Of a DNA stretch of 64,000 bases, positions 40,195 to 51,624 are shown piece by piece. The stretch comes from Nitrosopumilus sp. (GTDB lineage: Archaea; Thermoproteota; Nitrososphaeria; Nitrososphaerales; Nitrosopumilaceae). A program made the translations under genes and the position numbers. Below the pieces are notes generated by a model that saw nothing but the letters and a program-made list of their open reading frames with translations, searched no databases and had not been told where the DNA came from. The stretch is taken from contig OY763927.2 in assembly GCA_963667665.2 (NCBI GenBank), forward strand, positions 544,001 through 608,000, in the 5' to 3' direction. Numbering within the stretch: the first letter of the stretch is position 1; each line of letters starts with the position of its first letter.

Positions 40195-40410
40195 ATGACA
40201 GCCAAGACAATAATCATTCCAGATATTCACAATGATTATTTCACAGCAGAAAAAATAATCAAAAAAGAAAATCCAGACAAAATCATATTTCTGGGAGATT
40301 ATTTTGATGATTTTGATGATACTGTAAAAGATTCAGAAAATACACTTCAATCATATACCGTTAATGACCTGTATTATCACAATTATGTTATATCCACGCA
40401 TGCCAACTGA
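40195..40410 (+). pseudogene. N-terminal fragment of a metallophosphoesterase
   Basis: DIH and GDYFD motifs, then an abrupt end. Confidence 0.7.
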
Positions 40411-41966
40411 TCTTCCAAATCTTGAATGCGTTGTACCAAACCATTATACGTATTCGTATTGACATCAAGTGCCTCCGTGTCTGCGGTATTCTTCAATGAC
40501 TGACGCTGTACCGACACCTGCTCAAGATCATCGTTCAACATATCTATCTCAGCCTGGACTCTCATTCCTGCCACAGTAGAAATATCCGGTCTTTCTACGT
40601 GAGGTATGCCAAAATTCCTGTCATCATATACACGTATAGAATCAACATTAAAAAAATCGCCAGAGTGCATCAGGTGTGTTTTATCATCCACGTGCCTGAG
40701 TCCAAGATAGTGCCCTATCTCGTGTGCAACAATGTATTGAATAGTTTTATGCGTAAACGGTTGATATGTAGAATGGCAGTCATCGATTCCGAGCCTTACA
40801 GTTATAGAGTGTCTTTCCCTGGTGCCGTCATCAGTAACTCTTGCGCTGTGCAACCCCAATGCAGATCCTGGCATGTACCGTGCCCACTGAATATTCACAT
40901 CTGCATCGGATTCAACTATGGTAAAATCTACATTTGTATTTGCCATGTCCCAGACCCGCGTTGCATCGCTAATAGCCCTCTCTACCGTGGGCTCATCTGC
41001 ATATACAGGTACGTCATCGTATGACACGGTGTGTATATTTGATGCATATTCACTCGTAGTCAGAATCTCTTGCGGTTCTGGATCCACATGAGTCGTATCC
41101 AATTCACTTGATGCGTCTTGAGCGTGTCTCTCGAGGATAATAACATCTATTTCCGGTATGGTCACCTTCTGATCGAATGTTGTGGTGTACTCTGCAAGCC
41201 CCTTTGAGATGCCCCAGAATGCGATCGTCTCACGACCATCAGTCATAAACGGCGGAAGTTCATTCTCAGCCCTATCAAGCCAGTCCTTCTCCCCCTCTGT
41301 TACGGGCTTGTAATTGAGCAGTATTATGTCAGTTGCTGTAAACCGTTCCTGAGTAATTCCTACTCGCAGTATGTATTCGTCGAATGATTGTTTTTTCACT
41401 TGCACCAGAGTACCCTCGTACCGCACTATCTCGCCTGTATGAATTTCACTTTGATTTATGAGCGATTCGTACGGTATAGTCACTGCCTGTCCCTTTATCT
41501 CTTCATCGGTGTACTGTGCAACCGGTTCCGTCTCAAAGGTGCTCGCAGCTAACATGGGCACAAGGAACAACATGGTAATTCCTACCCCCAACCCAAGCGT
41601 CTTGTAGGCCATACTTTTATTTCTCCTGCGCAGTTTTGCGTAGGCAATCAAACCTCCCAACGCCCCCAAAAATATCGGAAGGACATACCATGCCTTGCTT
41701 GGGTGTGAGCCATTTACTGCTTCACTAGAAACGGACTGCTGGTCAGGTGGTAGGCTTGTGACACTATCCTGAGATGTATCGGGTTGTTCAGATTCATCCT
41801 CAGATTCACTGGTTATTTCCTTGCGCAACTGCCCAAACTTTTGCCGTACGTATTGCTCATCGCTGTTGTATATGGGGCGACCGCTTTCGATGCGATCCAT
41901 GATGTATGCCAGTCTCTTTTGGTCGCCCATTTTAGCATCTTGAAGATCCTTTACAATATCTTGCAA
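40383..41966 (-). CDS. membrane-anchored matrixin-family metalloprotease
   Basis: HEIGHYLGLRH...LM; two TM helices; visibly higher GC. Confidence 0.75.
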   Translation of the reverse strand: MQDIVKDLQDAKMGDQKRLAYIMDRIESGRPIYNSDEQYVRQKFGQLRKEITSESEDESEQPDTSQDSVTSLPPDQQSVSSEAVNGSHPSKAWYVLPIFLGALGGLIAYAKLRRRNKSMAYKTLGLGVGITMLFLVPMLAASTFETEPVAQYTDEEIKGQAVTIPYESLINQSEIHTGEIVRYEGTLVQVKKQSFDEYILRVGITQERFTATDIILLNYKPVTEGEKDWLDRAENELPPFMTDGRETIAFWGISKGLAEYTTTFDQKVTIPEIDVIILERHAQDASSELDTTHVDPEPQEILTTSEYASNIHTVSYDDVPVYADEPTVERAISDATRVWDMANTNVDFTIVESDADVNIQWARYMPGSALGLHSARVTDDGTRERHSITVRLGIDDCHSTYQPFTHKTIQYIVAHEIGHYLGLRHVDDKTHLMHSGDFFNVDSIRVYDDRNFGIPHVERPDISTVAGMRVQAEIDMLNDDLEQVSVQRQSLKNTADTEALDVNTNTYNGLVQRIQDLEDQLACVDIT

Positions 41967-42237
41967 GGAAATATCATCATCTAACTTGGATCACTTAGAA
42001 GTATGGTGTCGTCATACTATTTTAAACCTACTTTGGAATCAGACACATGCTGCGCAAGGTAGTGATATACCGCAAGATGCGTCAAAAGATGGTGACTATC
42101 GGAGAGAAGATCACGTTCGGCACCATAATGACATGTCTATTCACGTGGGACAAGTTGGGGCTGAACCGGTTCGAAAAACTGTCAGAGGCGTTTTGGGTAA
42201 CCTAACCTCTTGCTTACCGGACGCACATAGGCTTTAA

Positions 42238-42570
42238 TTGAATTACAATAATTGCATGAATATGAGCCAACATATTCCAGACTATGTCTTTCCAGAAGAG
42301 ATAGATCAGCAGGTACGTGACAATATCGCTGATCTATATGATGGTGCTTACGATGGCATCCTACTAAATGAAGTGTTTGGAGCAGTTGAGATTCTAATAA
42401 TCATAGCTGTTTGGATTGTTGGCATCTCTCTGCTATCGGGTTTAGCAATTCTATGCGTTCGGAGAATATTCAAGTTTGCTGGTGCTGGCAATTTATCGCT
42501 TATTGATTTACTCAAGAAAGCTGTGGGGGAGGTAAAGAATGAAAAGCCATTCATCTTACACATGTTATGA
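42238..42570 (+). CDS. hypothetical membrane protein
   Basis: One long hydrophobic segment. Confidence 0.35.
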   Translation: MNYNNCMNMSQHIPDYVFPEEIDQQVRDNIADLYDGAYDGILLNEVFGAVEILIIIAVWIVGISLLSGLAILCVRRIFKFAGAGNLSLIDLLKKAVGEVKNEKPFILHML

Positions 42571-43406
42571 ATTACCATAGTAGCTGAGAGCCTACGCGGT
42601 AAGATCATGTTCTTGTTGCTATTGAGTACCTTGATTGGAAGTACTACTTTTAATTTGTTTGGAAGTATCACAGGAGGATCGCCTATTCCAAACTTTATTG
42701 AACCCTAAGATGCATCTTCTTTGATGACAAGGTTTTGCACTTGAAATTCTTGGAGAAAATCTAAAATTAGGATAACTTGAACTCACTCTGTTAGCAATAA
42801 TCCAAATTACAGTTAAAACCAAAGTCGCGTGTAAAAGGTTGAGGGAGAGTCTCGAGTCACTAATTGCGAAATAGTTTTGGCAAAGGGACGAAGAATGGTA
42901 GTGAGAGAGCGCTTCGAATGGATACGTCAGAAGTTGAAAATGTGCCCCTATAGCAATGCGCATAAGTTTCTGTACGGCCAATTTCTGGGCATCGTCGTCC
43001 CTTGATCATCACATCTTTGTAAATCATCGTCTCCTGCATTCCGAACAGCATCTGTATACCTTCAACGTATTTTTTTCACACAAATTTGTAAGCTAGAACT
43101 ATCTTGGCATTTCACACGAACGTCAATTTAACCGTACTGTTACTAAATAGGAAAAGTCAAAAATTTGTTTCACTAAATGTACACATGCATGGACATAAAA
43201 TGCTAAAACAAGTGCAAAAAGTAGAACATGTAGGCTGCATATCACGTCGGTTATCCATGCTGTTGGCATTTATGGTAATCAAAACATTTGTCAATACTGC
43301 CAAAATATCTTGTTGTGATCGTCGTACTGTTGCCATGTAACATTGCAGGTTTGCATGTGCTGCAAAATCATTTCATGGAATACGACAGGCTCTCTCAGAC
43401 AGATTT

Positions 43407-44501
43407 GTGGAATTTTTCAAGACGTTCAAGAACGAATCAGGCATCTATGCATATGTAGAACTGATTGACAGCTCCATCTATCCGCCCCATCACATCAAGA
43501 TTGATTTTGACGAGCTGACTGAAGAACTGAAGGAGATTGTAAAAAATGAGAGCGAGATCAGGTTACACTTTGCCATCTACCGCAGCATTGGCGAGATATT
43601 TCAGGCAAGATATGGAGGTGCGGAACTGCAGGTTTTTCATGACAATAATTTTTTCAAGTTTGAAATTTTGAACTTTGAAAACTACAGCTCGAAAATTTTT
43701 GAGAGCCCACAACTGATCTACTGGAATAATGCGGATGATGGGTGGTTCAATGACGAAGACAAGATTGACAACGCTGCAATCCAGCTCCAAAAAGACAATC
43801 GCTTTTGTACACTGAGGAAATCAAACGAGATTCTGATGTATGATGGAAAAATCTATGACGATGTTGCAGCGGAGACGGTAATCAAGGAGGAGACGGAGAA
43901 GATAATTCCAAACTGTGGAATCAGAAACAGAATCGAGGTGATAGAAAAAATAAAGGCGCAGACATACACGGACCTGGAACTGTTTGACAGCGACCCCAAC
44001 ATAATCACGATTAACAGCGGAATCCTGGACCTGGAGAAGGTCGAAATCAACGAGCACACCCCACAGAACCAGAGCCGGGTACTGATTCCACGGAATTTCA
44101 AGACCCCCGAATTCAGGATTAATGACAAAACTATTTTTGAAGACATTGAAAAAAACCTGAGGGCTACCGAATTCTGGCAGTTTCTCATAAGATCATTCAC
44201 AATCAATGGGGAACTTCAACAGAAAAGCCTGGAGACAGTTCTGGAAATTTTGGCCGCACCACTGGTGAAGCACCAGATTGACGACAAGGCCTTCATGAAT
44301 CTGGGCAGCGGTGACAATGACAAGTCCGTCTTTCTGGGATATATCGGGGAGATGTATGGAACCAGGAACGGGTCAAACATTGCGCTGCAAGACATCGCGG
44401 ATGACAAGTTCTACCGCGCAAACCTGGACGGAAAAAGCTTCAACATATTTCCTGATCTGGAGAAGAACGAGTTGAGACATGGCTCTGGTAGGTTCTGGTA
44501 A
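43407..44501 (+). pseudogene. truncated D5/P4-type primase-associated SF3 helicase
   Basis: D5_N-like I...SGILDL...HTP; degenerate Walker A GSGDNDKS; L.GK..NI..D; cut by a repeat at 44481. Confidence 0.75.
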
Positions 44502-44660
44502 AAAACGGTGATCAAGATCACCAAAATTTAACAGCAGGGTTATGATAGATAATTTCGAGAAAATTACCAAGTACTAATTATCCCAGGATTTCAAAGAGCG
44601 ATTCGGAGAGGATCTATGTCTGATGATTTATGGTGCAGATCACCAGAATTTACCAGAACC
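44491..44660. mobile_element. 170-bp MITE-like element with 23-bp imperfect TIRs, copy 1
   Basis: GGTTCTGGTAAAAAACGGTGATC ... GATCACCAGAATTTACCAGAACC. Confidence 0.7.
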
Positions 44661-44853
44661 ACCAGAACCAACCAAAGCGCGTGGCATGGTGGAAAGGATC
44701 CGTGGTATGGATGCTTGAAGCGTTTGGAGGTGTCTGTTAAGTTGTCGTCGTGCCTAGAATTGCGTTAACTTCCGTCGCGCGGGTGTTCTAGGGTATAAGA
44801 CGAGTGGGGTTGGAAAGGGGGGATACTCCGGTGGCAAAGTGAGCACGACTGGA

Positions 44854-45606
44854 TTAACCGAGATTTGCCATATCTTTGCGTAGTGTTTGATGAGCATCCT
44901 TAAGAAACCGATTCGCGTGCAGTTTGATTGACTCTGCATTGTGTGCATCAGTTGGGTCAAACCTATCAGCATCTAGTTTGAGCCCGTCATCTGACGTTAG
45001 CGGGTAGTATTTCGCGATGCCTGTTTTAGTGACATCATTAGGATCCTCTGAATGCACCACGAGGTTTCGTAGATGCTTCAGCTGTTCGCTCTTAAGATGT
45101 TGCTCACAATAAAGATACTTGATTGCGGATGCCCAGTCTTTGGAGCGTTCTGCCCGCCTTGCATCTCTAAGGTATCCCAGTCTCTTATTCAGTGAATGGT
45201 TGCCACTCAGTATTTCCTGTAAAACATTATCTGAAATGTTCAATACAGCGTTGTTGCGTATAGAATAAGCAATAGACACATCCCTACATATCCTGCCGTC
45301 ACTTGATTGCTTTCCATGAAAAACCCACTCTGAAAAAGTTCCTGATGTGGCTGAAAGAAGGTCTGTCAGTTTGTCCGCTTTCCTTTTAGCCATGAGCTCC
45401 GCTTCTTCCTCACTATCTGCCTCAACCGTGATTTCAAACCCCTGAATTGTAGTTTGCTCTTTGTACTTACCAAACTTAAATTCGACATCTGATCTATTTG
45501 CCGTGTCGTGTTCGCAATGTATGGGTTCAGTTAACCCAAAGTCAGTTATCCATTTCATGACGCTGTCACAGAACCGCAACTTGTCTTCGCCAATGACCCA
45601 AGGCAT
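44854..45606 (-). CDS. putative HEPN-domain RNase (ApeA/MauJ-like architecture)
   Basis: RNLVVH (RxxxxH) in a helical C-terminal half after a beta-rich N-terminal half. Confidence 0.55.
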   Translation of the reverse strand: MPWVIGEDKLRFCDSVMKWITDFGLTEPIHCEHDTANRSDVEFKFGKYKEQTTIQGFEITVEADSEEEAELMAKRKADKLTDLLSATSGTFSEWVFHGKQSSDGRICRDVSIAYSIRNNAVLNISDNVLQEILSGNHSLNKRLGYLRDARRAERSKDWASAIKYLYCEQHLKSEQLKHLRNLVVHSEDPNDVTKTGIAKYYPLTSDDGLKLDADRFDPTDAHNAESIKLHANRFLKDAHQTLRKDMANLG

Positions 45607-45932
45607 GGGCTGATATTCTTGGTCAAGGCCGTCTTTAGTATGACCGACGATCTAGAGGGAATTATATAAAAGCTCGGCTGAGCGGGGCTGCGTCTTACAG
45701 ACATAACCAACTGTTCAGCCTCATCAGCGACAATTTCGCTTTCCGGTCCAAGAAACCAAGGCTCAAAACCAGTATCTTCTGCAAGTTTTGGAAAAACATT
45801 CTGTAGTAGGTACATCTCTTTTTGAAGGTGAATAGGACCGGGAATAGATTCTGAGTTTTTGGCACCTAACAGTAGCAAAATGAATCTATCCACCTCATTC
45901 AACTGTGCAATTTTTTCATTAATTTCTGTCAT
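45555..45932 (-). pseudogene. SocA/Panacea-like winged-helix antitoxin fragment
   Basis: LQKEMYLL...F.P..LGP.S motif; similarity appears to end near 45700. Confidence 0.55.
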
Positions 45933-46095
45933 ACCACTTTCATTTTCTTTGATAAAAATTTCTTTGCCATCTGTTATAAATGTGATAATAGGTTCTGGTA
46001 AATTCTAGTGATCTACATCATTAATCATTAAATATGGATCTTCTTCAAATTCGATTTCATTGAATCAGATCCAGATAATGAGGATGACAAAAAAA

Positions 46096-46308
46096 GGTTC
46101 TGGTAAATTCTGGTGATCTGCACCATAAATCATCAGACATAGATCCTCTCCGAATCGCTCTTTGAAATCCTGGGATAATTAGTACTTGGTAATTTTCTCG
46201 AAATTATCTATCATAACCCTGCTGTTAAATTTTGGTGATCTTGATCACCGTTTTTTACCAGGGTTCTGGAAGATTTTGGTGATCAGATCATTAGAATTTA
46301 CCAGAGCC
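46096..46308. mobile_element. inverted MITE copy 2 (46096-46261) plus 47-bp mini-element (46262-46308); degenerate copy starts at 45991
   Basis: 46096-46261 is the reverse complement of 44495-44660. Confidence 0.8.
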
Positions 46309-46466
46309 TAATGATGTAGATAGGTTAGCATGATCCAAATGTCATCATACCAATTTTAATTGGAACTCTTGATGATATGATTATAAAAATAAAAACACCT
46401 TTAGCTTCAACATAGTCAAAATGAATTGAATACTTTCTTAATAATAACAACTTTAAGATTGCTTTA

Positions 46467-47669
46467 ATGACAACAACAACGAAAAAAATGTTGATGCTAA
46501 CTGCCGTACTGACAATGGTTATCATACCTGGTTCAGTTTATGCAGCTGGTTTTAATGAACATCAAGTAGAAAGTGTATCTGGCAATATAGGAAAAGTTGC
46601 TGATGGCACATTTGATGAGAAGGTCGCTCAAGATAGATTAGAATATCTTATGGTAGACCAAGCTGAAACTGGAGTATCACATGAAAATGAAATAACAGCA
46701 ATAGAAACAGAATACCAAAAACTATATCAGATGGATACTACTCTTCGTGACGAATACCAAGTATTAGCTGATTTGCTAACAGAGACATTGGTTACTCTTC
46801 ATGCAGATAAATCTAGAGCTATCGAAGATAGAATGTCCGAACTTCCTATAGTTAAAATTGGCGTCAGCTCAAAAACACAATCTCTTGCTATTGGATTAGA
46901 CAATGATTACGTTAGTGAGGCGGATATATCAAAATGGAAAAAATACATTAGAAATATGCTAAGCAATTCGGATGTAAAATTGACCATAACTGTAGGTTCA
47001 GCTCCAACTCTTGATACACACACATCCAATAGAGAAACTACTACTGTAGATCCCCTAAAAGGTGGTGCAAGTGGTGGGATTTGAAGATGGTTCTAACAAC
47101 ATTACATGCTCAGTTGGATATATGGCAACTGAAAATGGATCTGGCGATACTGGATTTGTTTCAGCAGGCCATTGTACTGATCTTGTCGGTTGGGACAAAC
47201 AGGTATTGACATTCATCAACCAGTAGCCACTACAACAAATGACATTGCAGTAGTAGATGAAGAAGATTTCAGTTCTTCAACATATTGTGATTGCTCATGG
47301 AATGAGTTCAATTCTGGTGAGAGTGGTGTAGCAAAAACCATGTATAGTCTAACATCCGACTTTCCTGTATATAGTCAATATACCGTCACATCAAGTAGTG
47401 AAGGATTGGCTGTTTACAAATCTGGTGCTAAGACAGGATATAGCGTAGGTGTTATCGACGAATGGAAAACCACAATCGTTGCAGATGGAGCTACCCTCAA
47501 AAATGTAGTTCAATCAACATATTCTGCACAAGGTGGAGATAGTGGGGGTTCCTTCATGCGATTAAATGGCATTGCAGGAATTCATGTAGCACATGATGAT
47601 GATTATTCATATGCTGTAACTGTTTCAAGAACAAACTATTACTTAGGAGTAACACCAGTCTTCTCCTAG
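46467..47669 (+). pseudogene. secreted S1 (streptogrisin-like) serine protease with two frameshifts
   Basis: Signal and propeptide, GFVSAGHC near 47152-47175 in another frame, GDSGG in the last ORF. Confidence 0.75.
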
Positions 47670-47679
47670 TAATTTTTTT

Positions 47680-48279
47680 TTATTTATATTTTCTAGAAAA
47701 CCAAATTAAAAATAAACTACAACATATTATAATTACAGAAACAGAAATTACAGGATCAACAACAAAAGGATGAACAGAAGGGGTAATGTCAGGTTGTGGA
47801 ATCTCACTAGTTTTATTTACAATATAGACTGATCTATCTAATGAAATTTTAGAGTCAAATATTTGTTGATTTGTACTTAACCATGTAGTTATTACGGCAA
47901 TTGTAACAGTCAGAAACTTTACCCCTTCTTTAAAAAACTTCTTTAAAAATTCATTCTCATGTACTTCTTTTTTGGTCTGGGTTGCTGTGACAAACATGTT
48001 TGGCACCATTTTATAGTATTTGTGGTCCACTCCTTTCTTTACAATTTGTTTGTGTGTTACTATCAATAATCCCAACTCTTCGAGTTTCTTGAGATGAAAT
48101 ATTGTAATATTCATTTGAATTCCTAATTTCTTTGATATCTGGTTTATGTACATCTCTTCTTGTGTTAAAAGTTGTATTATCTTTCTGCTTGTTTCAGTGG
48201 AGAGAAGTTGACCCAGAATCTTTAGTGATTCATCATCATTACCAAAAACTCTGATTTTTGTGTTATTCTCTTCAGTCAA
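47680..48279 (-). CDS. ArsR-type winged-helix regulator with C-terminal TM helices
   Basis: L..ETSRKII.LL, HLKKLEELGL; two hydrophobic segments. Confidence 0.75.
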   Translation of the reverse strand: MTEENNTKIRVFGNDDESLKILGQLLSTETSRKIIQLLTQEEMYINQISKKLGIQMNITIFHLKKLEELGLLIVTHKQIVKKGVDHKYYKMVPNMFVTATQTKKEVHENEFLKKFFKEGVKFLTVTIAVITTWLSTNQQIFDSKISLDRSVYIVNKTSEIPQPDITPSVHPFVVDPVISVSVIIICCSLFLIWFSRKYK

Positions 48280-48428
48280 ATTAGTAATTTGTTACAAAAT
48301 AGAATTGCTATTAATCTTTAAGATTATAATATACCTTTTAATTGTGAATGATATTTGATTTTTCCTCTTAAAACATTCAATGACAATTGAATATAGTCTT
48401 AAATCAATTTTAAAAATAACCTCAATTA

Positions 48429-48667
48429 ATGAATAGAAAATCTACTATCTCGGTTCTTAGTGGACTTGTAGCTGTGTTAGCAATAGCATCTTTGGGTTTT
48501 GGAATTCCCCCACAAGAAGCAGAAGCAAGTCACAACGGAGAGCCAACAATGTGGGTTAATGGAATCAATGATGGACAAACTCATAGTTACATCTACAATG
48601 TACCAGCACCAAATCTGGACATGAGTGTTGCATTATTGATTAAAGATATGGCAGAAAAACCAAATGT
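48429..48667 (+). pseudogene. secreted protein N-terminal fragment cut by the mini-element
   Basis: Signal peptide AEA-S; the reading frame runs into the 47-bp repeat. Confidence 0.5.
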
Positions 48668-48714
48668 GGTTCTGGAAGATTTTGGTGATCAGATCATTAG
48701 AATTTACCAGAACC
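48668..48714. repeat. 47-bp palindromic mini-element, copy 3
   Basis: Differs from 46262-46308 at one base; lies 4 bp before the transposase ATG. Confidence 0.85.
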
Positions 48715-48718
48715 TTCC

Positions 48719-49646
48719 ATGAATAGAAACTGGAAAAAATACAACCAAACACTAGTAAGAAGAGGTGAAATCATGCTGTCTTTTGATGCCATAGAATCAT
48801 GGACAAAAGAACTCAAAGAAATGAATCGCAGAAAAGAAGGACACCAGTATGTTTATCCTGAATTATTCATGGAAGCACTGGGATACTGCCATGCATATCT
48901 GCATCTTCCATATAGACAAACTGAAGGTCTGATAAAATCACATCTCAAATCCAAGACAGAAACACCAACATATTCTGCCATCTGGAAAAGAGTAAACAAG
49001 CTTGACATCAAGATGAGCCCAAAGCTGGGAAAAGACATTGTCATTGCAATAGATAGTTCAGGAATCAAGGTTGCAGACAGGGGTGAGTGGATGAGACAGA
49101 AATGGCAGAAAAGAAGAGGATTTCTCAAGATTCATGTGGCAGCAGATGTAAAATCAAAACAGATTACAGGTTTGGAAATTACAGATGATCATTCCCATGA
49201 TTCCAAATCTTTTGTATCACTAGTTGAGCAGTCAAAGCAATTTGGAAATGTGACTAAGACACTAGCTGATGGTGCATATGACAAAAGATAATTTTTCATA
49301 TTTGTACCATGGTAACATAATTCCAGGAATCAAGACAAGAAAGAACTCATCAGTTACTACTGATTGCTATCCAAGAAGAAAGGCAGTACTGGCCCAAATG
49401 TATAATTATGATTTGCAGAAGAACAGCGTAAGCTATGGCGATAGGTGGATCGTAGAAGGAGTGTTTTCTGCATTTAAGAAAATGTTTGGAGAGCCTGTCA
49501 CATCACACAAAAGAGAAAACATGATTCATGAGTTGAAAATGAAGGTCTGTCTGTACAATAAAATGATTGCAATGCAATAGAAAAATCAAAATTGTTTCAA
49601 ATGGTTAGATGGTGTTAATGATTAGTTGGTGTTGGGAAACAAAGCA
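48719..49646 (+). mobile_element. IS5-family (IS903-like) transposase, frameshifted; right-end-like AACAAAGC at ~49646, left end not seen
   Basis: NW..YN..LV.RG, AIDSSGIK, KIHVA.D, ADGAYD, RW.VE..FS.FK.MFG. Confidence 0.8.
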
Positions 49647-49855
49647 GTTCTTATCATAATGATCTTGAATTTACTATGGCAATAAGAGTGGCGATCAAAA
49701 ATTAGATCGCTTTTAATATTTATTTAAATATTTATAATTCTTAATTGTTTCACCAACATTACATAATATCTAGTATGTGCATCATCATTTTTTTCCTTAT
49801 TGTGTTAATTCGTTTACAGATTCAAAATTTAGTTTTTTGTTTAGAAAAAAAGAGA

Positions 49856-50173
49856 TCAAGGTACTGCATTCTTTGATTTTTTTTTAAAAAATATATTCCT
49901 AATTTTTCCCAAAATGTTGATGGTAATGTAAGATACAGAAATCCAATAGATGAAATACGTAATTATACCAAGAGCAATATAAACATCAGGTGTATTATAT
50001 TCATCAGCAAGTAATGCAAAAGATAAAAGTATCATTACTCCTGGATTGAGGAGCATTGTCCATCCTCCAAGATATACATTTAATTCCATAAGAATTATCG
50101 TAATTAATATTCCATATACTGGTAAAATTATGTAAAGAAAGTTTAGTTTTTTGTTTAGAAAAAAAGAGATCAA
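49856..50173 (-). CDS. small membrane protein flanked by 37-bp direct repeats
   Basis: Three TM helices; repeats at 49828-49864 and 50142-50178. Confidence 0.55.
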   Translation of the reverse strand: MISFFLNKKLNFLYIILPVYGILITIILMELNVYLGGWTMLLNPGVMILLSFALLADEYNTPDVYIALGIITYFIYWISVSYITINILGKIRNIFFKKKSKNAVP

Positions 50174-50526
50174 GGTACGGTGACCTTTGAGTATCCTGGA
50201 TTTGTATCAGATGTATCCATCATATGGTTCCAAGTATTGCTAACATATACTACTTGTCCTGGTGTGTAGGCTTTGATTGTAGTTTCATGACAAGCAAATA
50301 TCAAAGACAAACAATCATAGTCGTTTGTTGAACTCCATGTGTTGTCAAACTCAATTAGATTGTTATTGTGTATGATAATTGGTTCGACATCATATATTCT
50401 GTGGAGCCAAAACAAACGCACTTCATCATAAAATTCATCTAGATTAGGATGATCCTCATCATAGAATTTCAATTCGTATAGAGTTTCACAATGACTAGAG
50501 AGTGGTGTTGTTTCAATTTCATACAA
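50170..50526 (-). pseudogene. C-terminal fragment of a probable secreted protein
   Basis: Joined at its 5' side to a methyltransferase fragment. Confidence 0.4.
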
Positions 50527-50690
50527 GTCGTTATCTCCATTGAATTAATTTTCCCATATCTTCCTTTGGCTTCAAATATATGTTCAGCAAAAAATGGAGG
50601 ATCTAAATATATCAAATTTACATGATTGTCTGAAATTTTTTTAATTAATTTTGTAGAATCCCCACATAATATTTTATTTTCAAATTTCAT
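50469..50690 (-). pseudogene. N-terminal fragment of an N4/N6 DNA methyltransferase
   Basis: NKI.CGD, V.LIYLDPPF. Confidence 0.75.
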
Positions 50691-50894
50691 TTTTTCATCA
50701 TCCTTCTATTCCCTAATTTTTTTGAATTTTTGAGATTATGTGAAATTTTGTTATAGTTTTTGTCAATCCATAATTGTAGGTACCTACTATTACATACTTT
50801 TCAATTTCAATAATATTCCCTATCTAATCTTTTTACTGATTTTCTCTTGTAATATTATAACATCCTGTTTCTTAAAAGATGTAAGTCTTTTTTT

Positions 50895-51055
50895 TGCCAT
50901 ATTACAGTATTCTAGATTGATGCAGGATTATCTCAACAAGAAAACACCAATTGTAGGTGATGCATGGCGAGCTGATGAAGTGTATACTAGAATCAGAGGT
51001 GAGATGAAGTATGTATTTTCTTTAATGGATTCAGAAACCAGATTTTGGATTAATT
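50895..51055 (+). pseudogene. IS6-like DDE transposase fragment
   Basis: W.ADE.Y..I.G...Y....MD.ETRF.I. Confidence 0.7.
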
Positions 51056-51264
51056 TTGGTCGTCTATCTTTGCCCACTTTTGGAACTATTGTAGTTTGTT
51101 CTCCATGATTGATATATTTTAAAATATTTTTCAACTTTTGAAAGATCAGAAAGAAAATGAATCTTAAAATTTGCAGGAAAGAATCAGTATTTAAAGTCAA
51201 AAAGATCCCCATGTGGACGCATGTATCCACAAGTTTATACGTATATTTTGTAGAGTATAGCTGT

Positions 51265-51471
51265 TTGTCATCAGTAGAATCACAAGTTTTAGAATCTGAA
51301 GATTTTACCCAATACCAGGGTAAATGGATAGCAATACTAGACAAGAAAGTTATTGCATCAGGTAAAACTATGTCAGAAGTATATGATCAAGTACAACTAG
51401 CCAAAGTTATTAGAACAGCACTCTTTCAAAAGATTCCAGAGAAAGGTGCAGTTGATACATTCATTCTCTAA
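51265..51471 (+). CDS. DUF5678-like small protein
   Basis: Y.GKWIAI....VIASG....EV; start uncertain. Confidence 0.6.
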   Translation: MSSVESQVLESEDFTQYQGKWIAILDKKVIASGKTMSEVYDQVQLAKVIRTALFQKIPEKGAVDTFIL

Positions 51472-51624
51472 ACGAACAATATACCGTTATTAGTGAACAA
51501 TACAGAAATTTCTCTATGGTAGATCGCTGGAGAACAATCATCCAAAACGCCTCACTTCACAGGGAAAATACGGTTTAGTCAGCTCTCGATAACTTTACAG
51601 AACTTGTTTTTTTAAGTGACTAAA

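Noticed and set aside
42619-43340. Short ORFs as real genes
   Set aside because: No motifs and conflicting frames; probably degraded sequence.
46467-47669. Programmed frameshifting in the S1 protease
   Set aside because: Two separate shifts with no clear slippery signal; decay or sequencing error is more likely.
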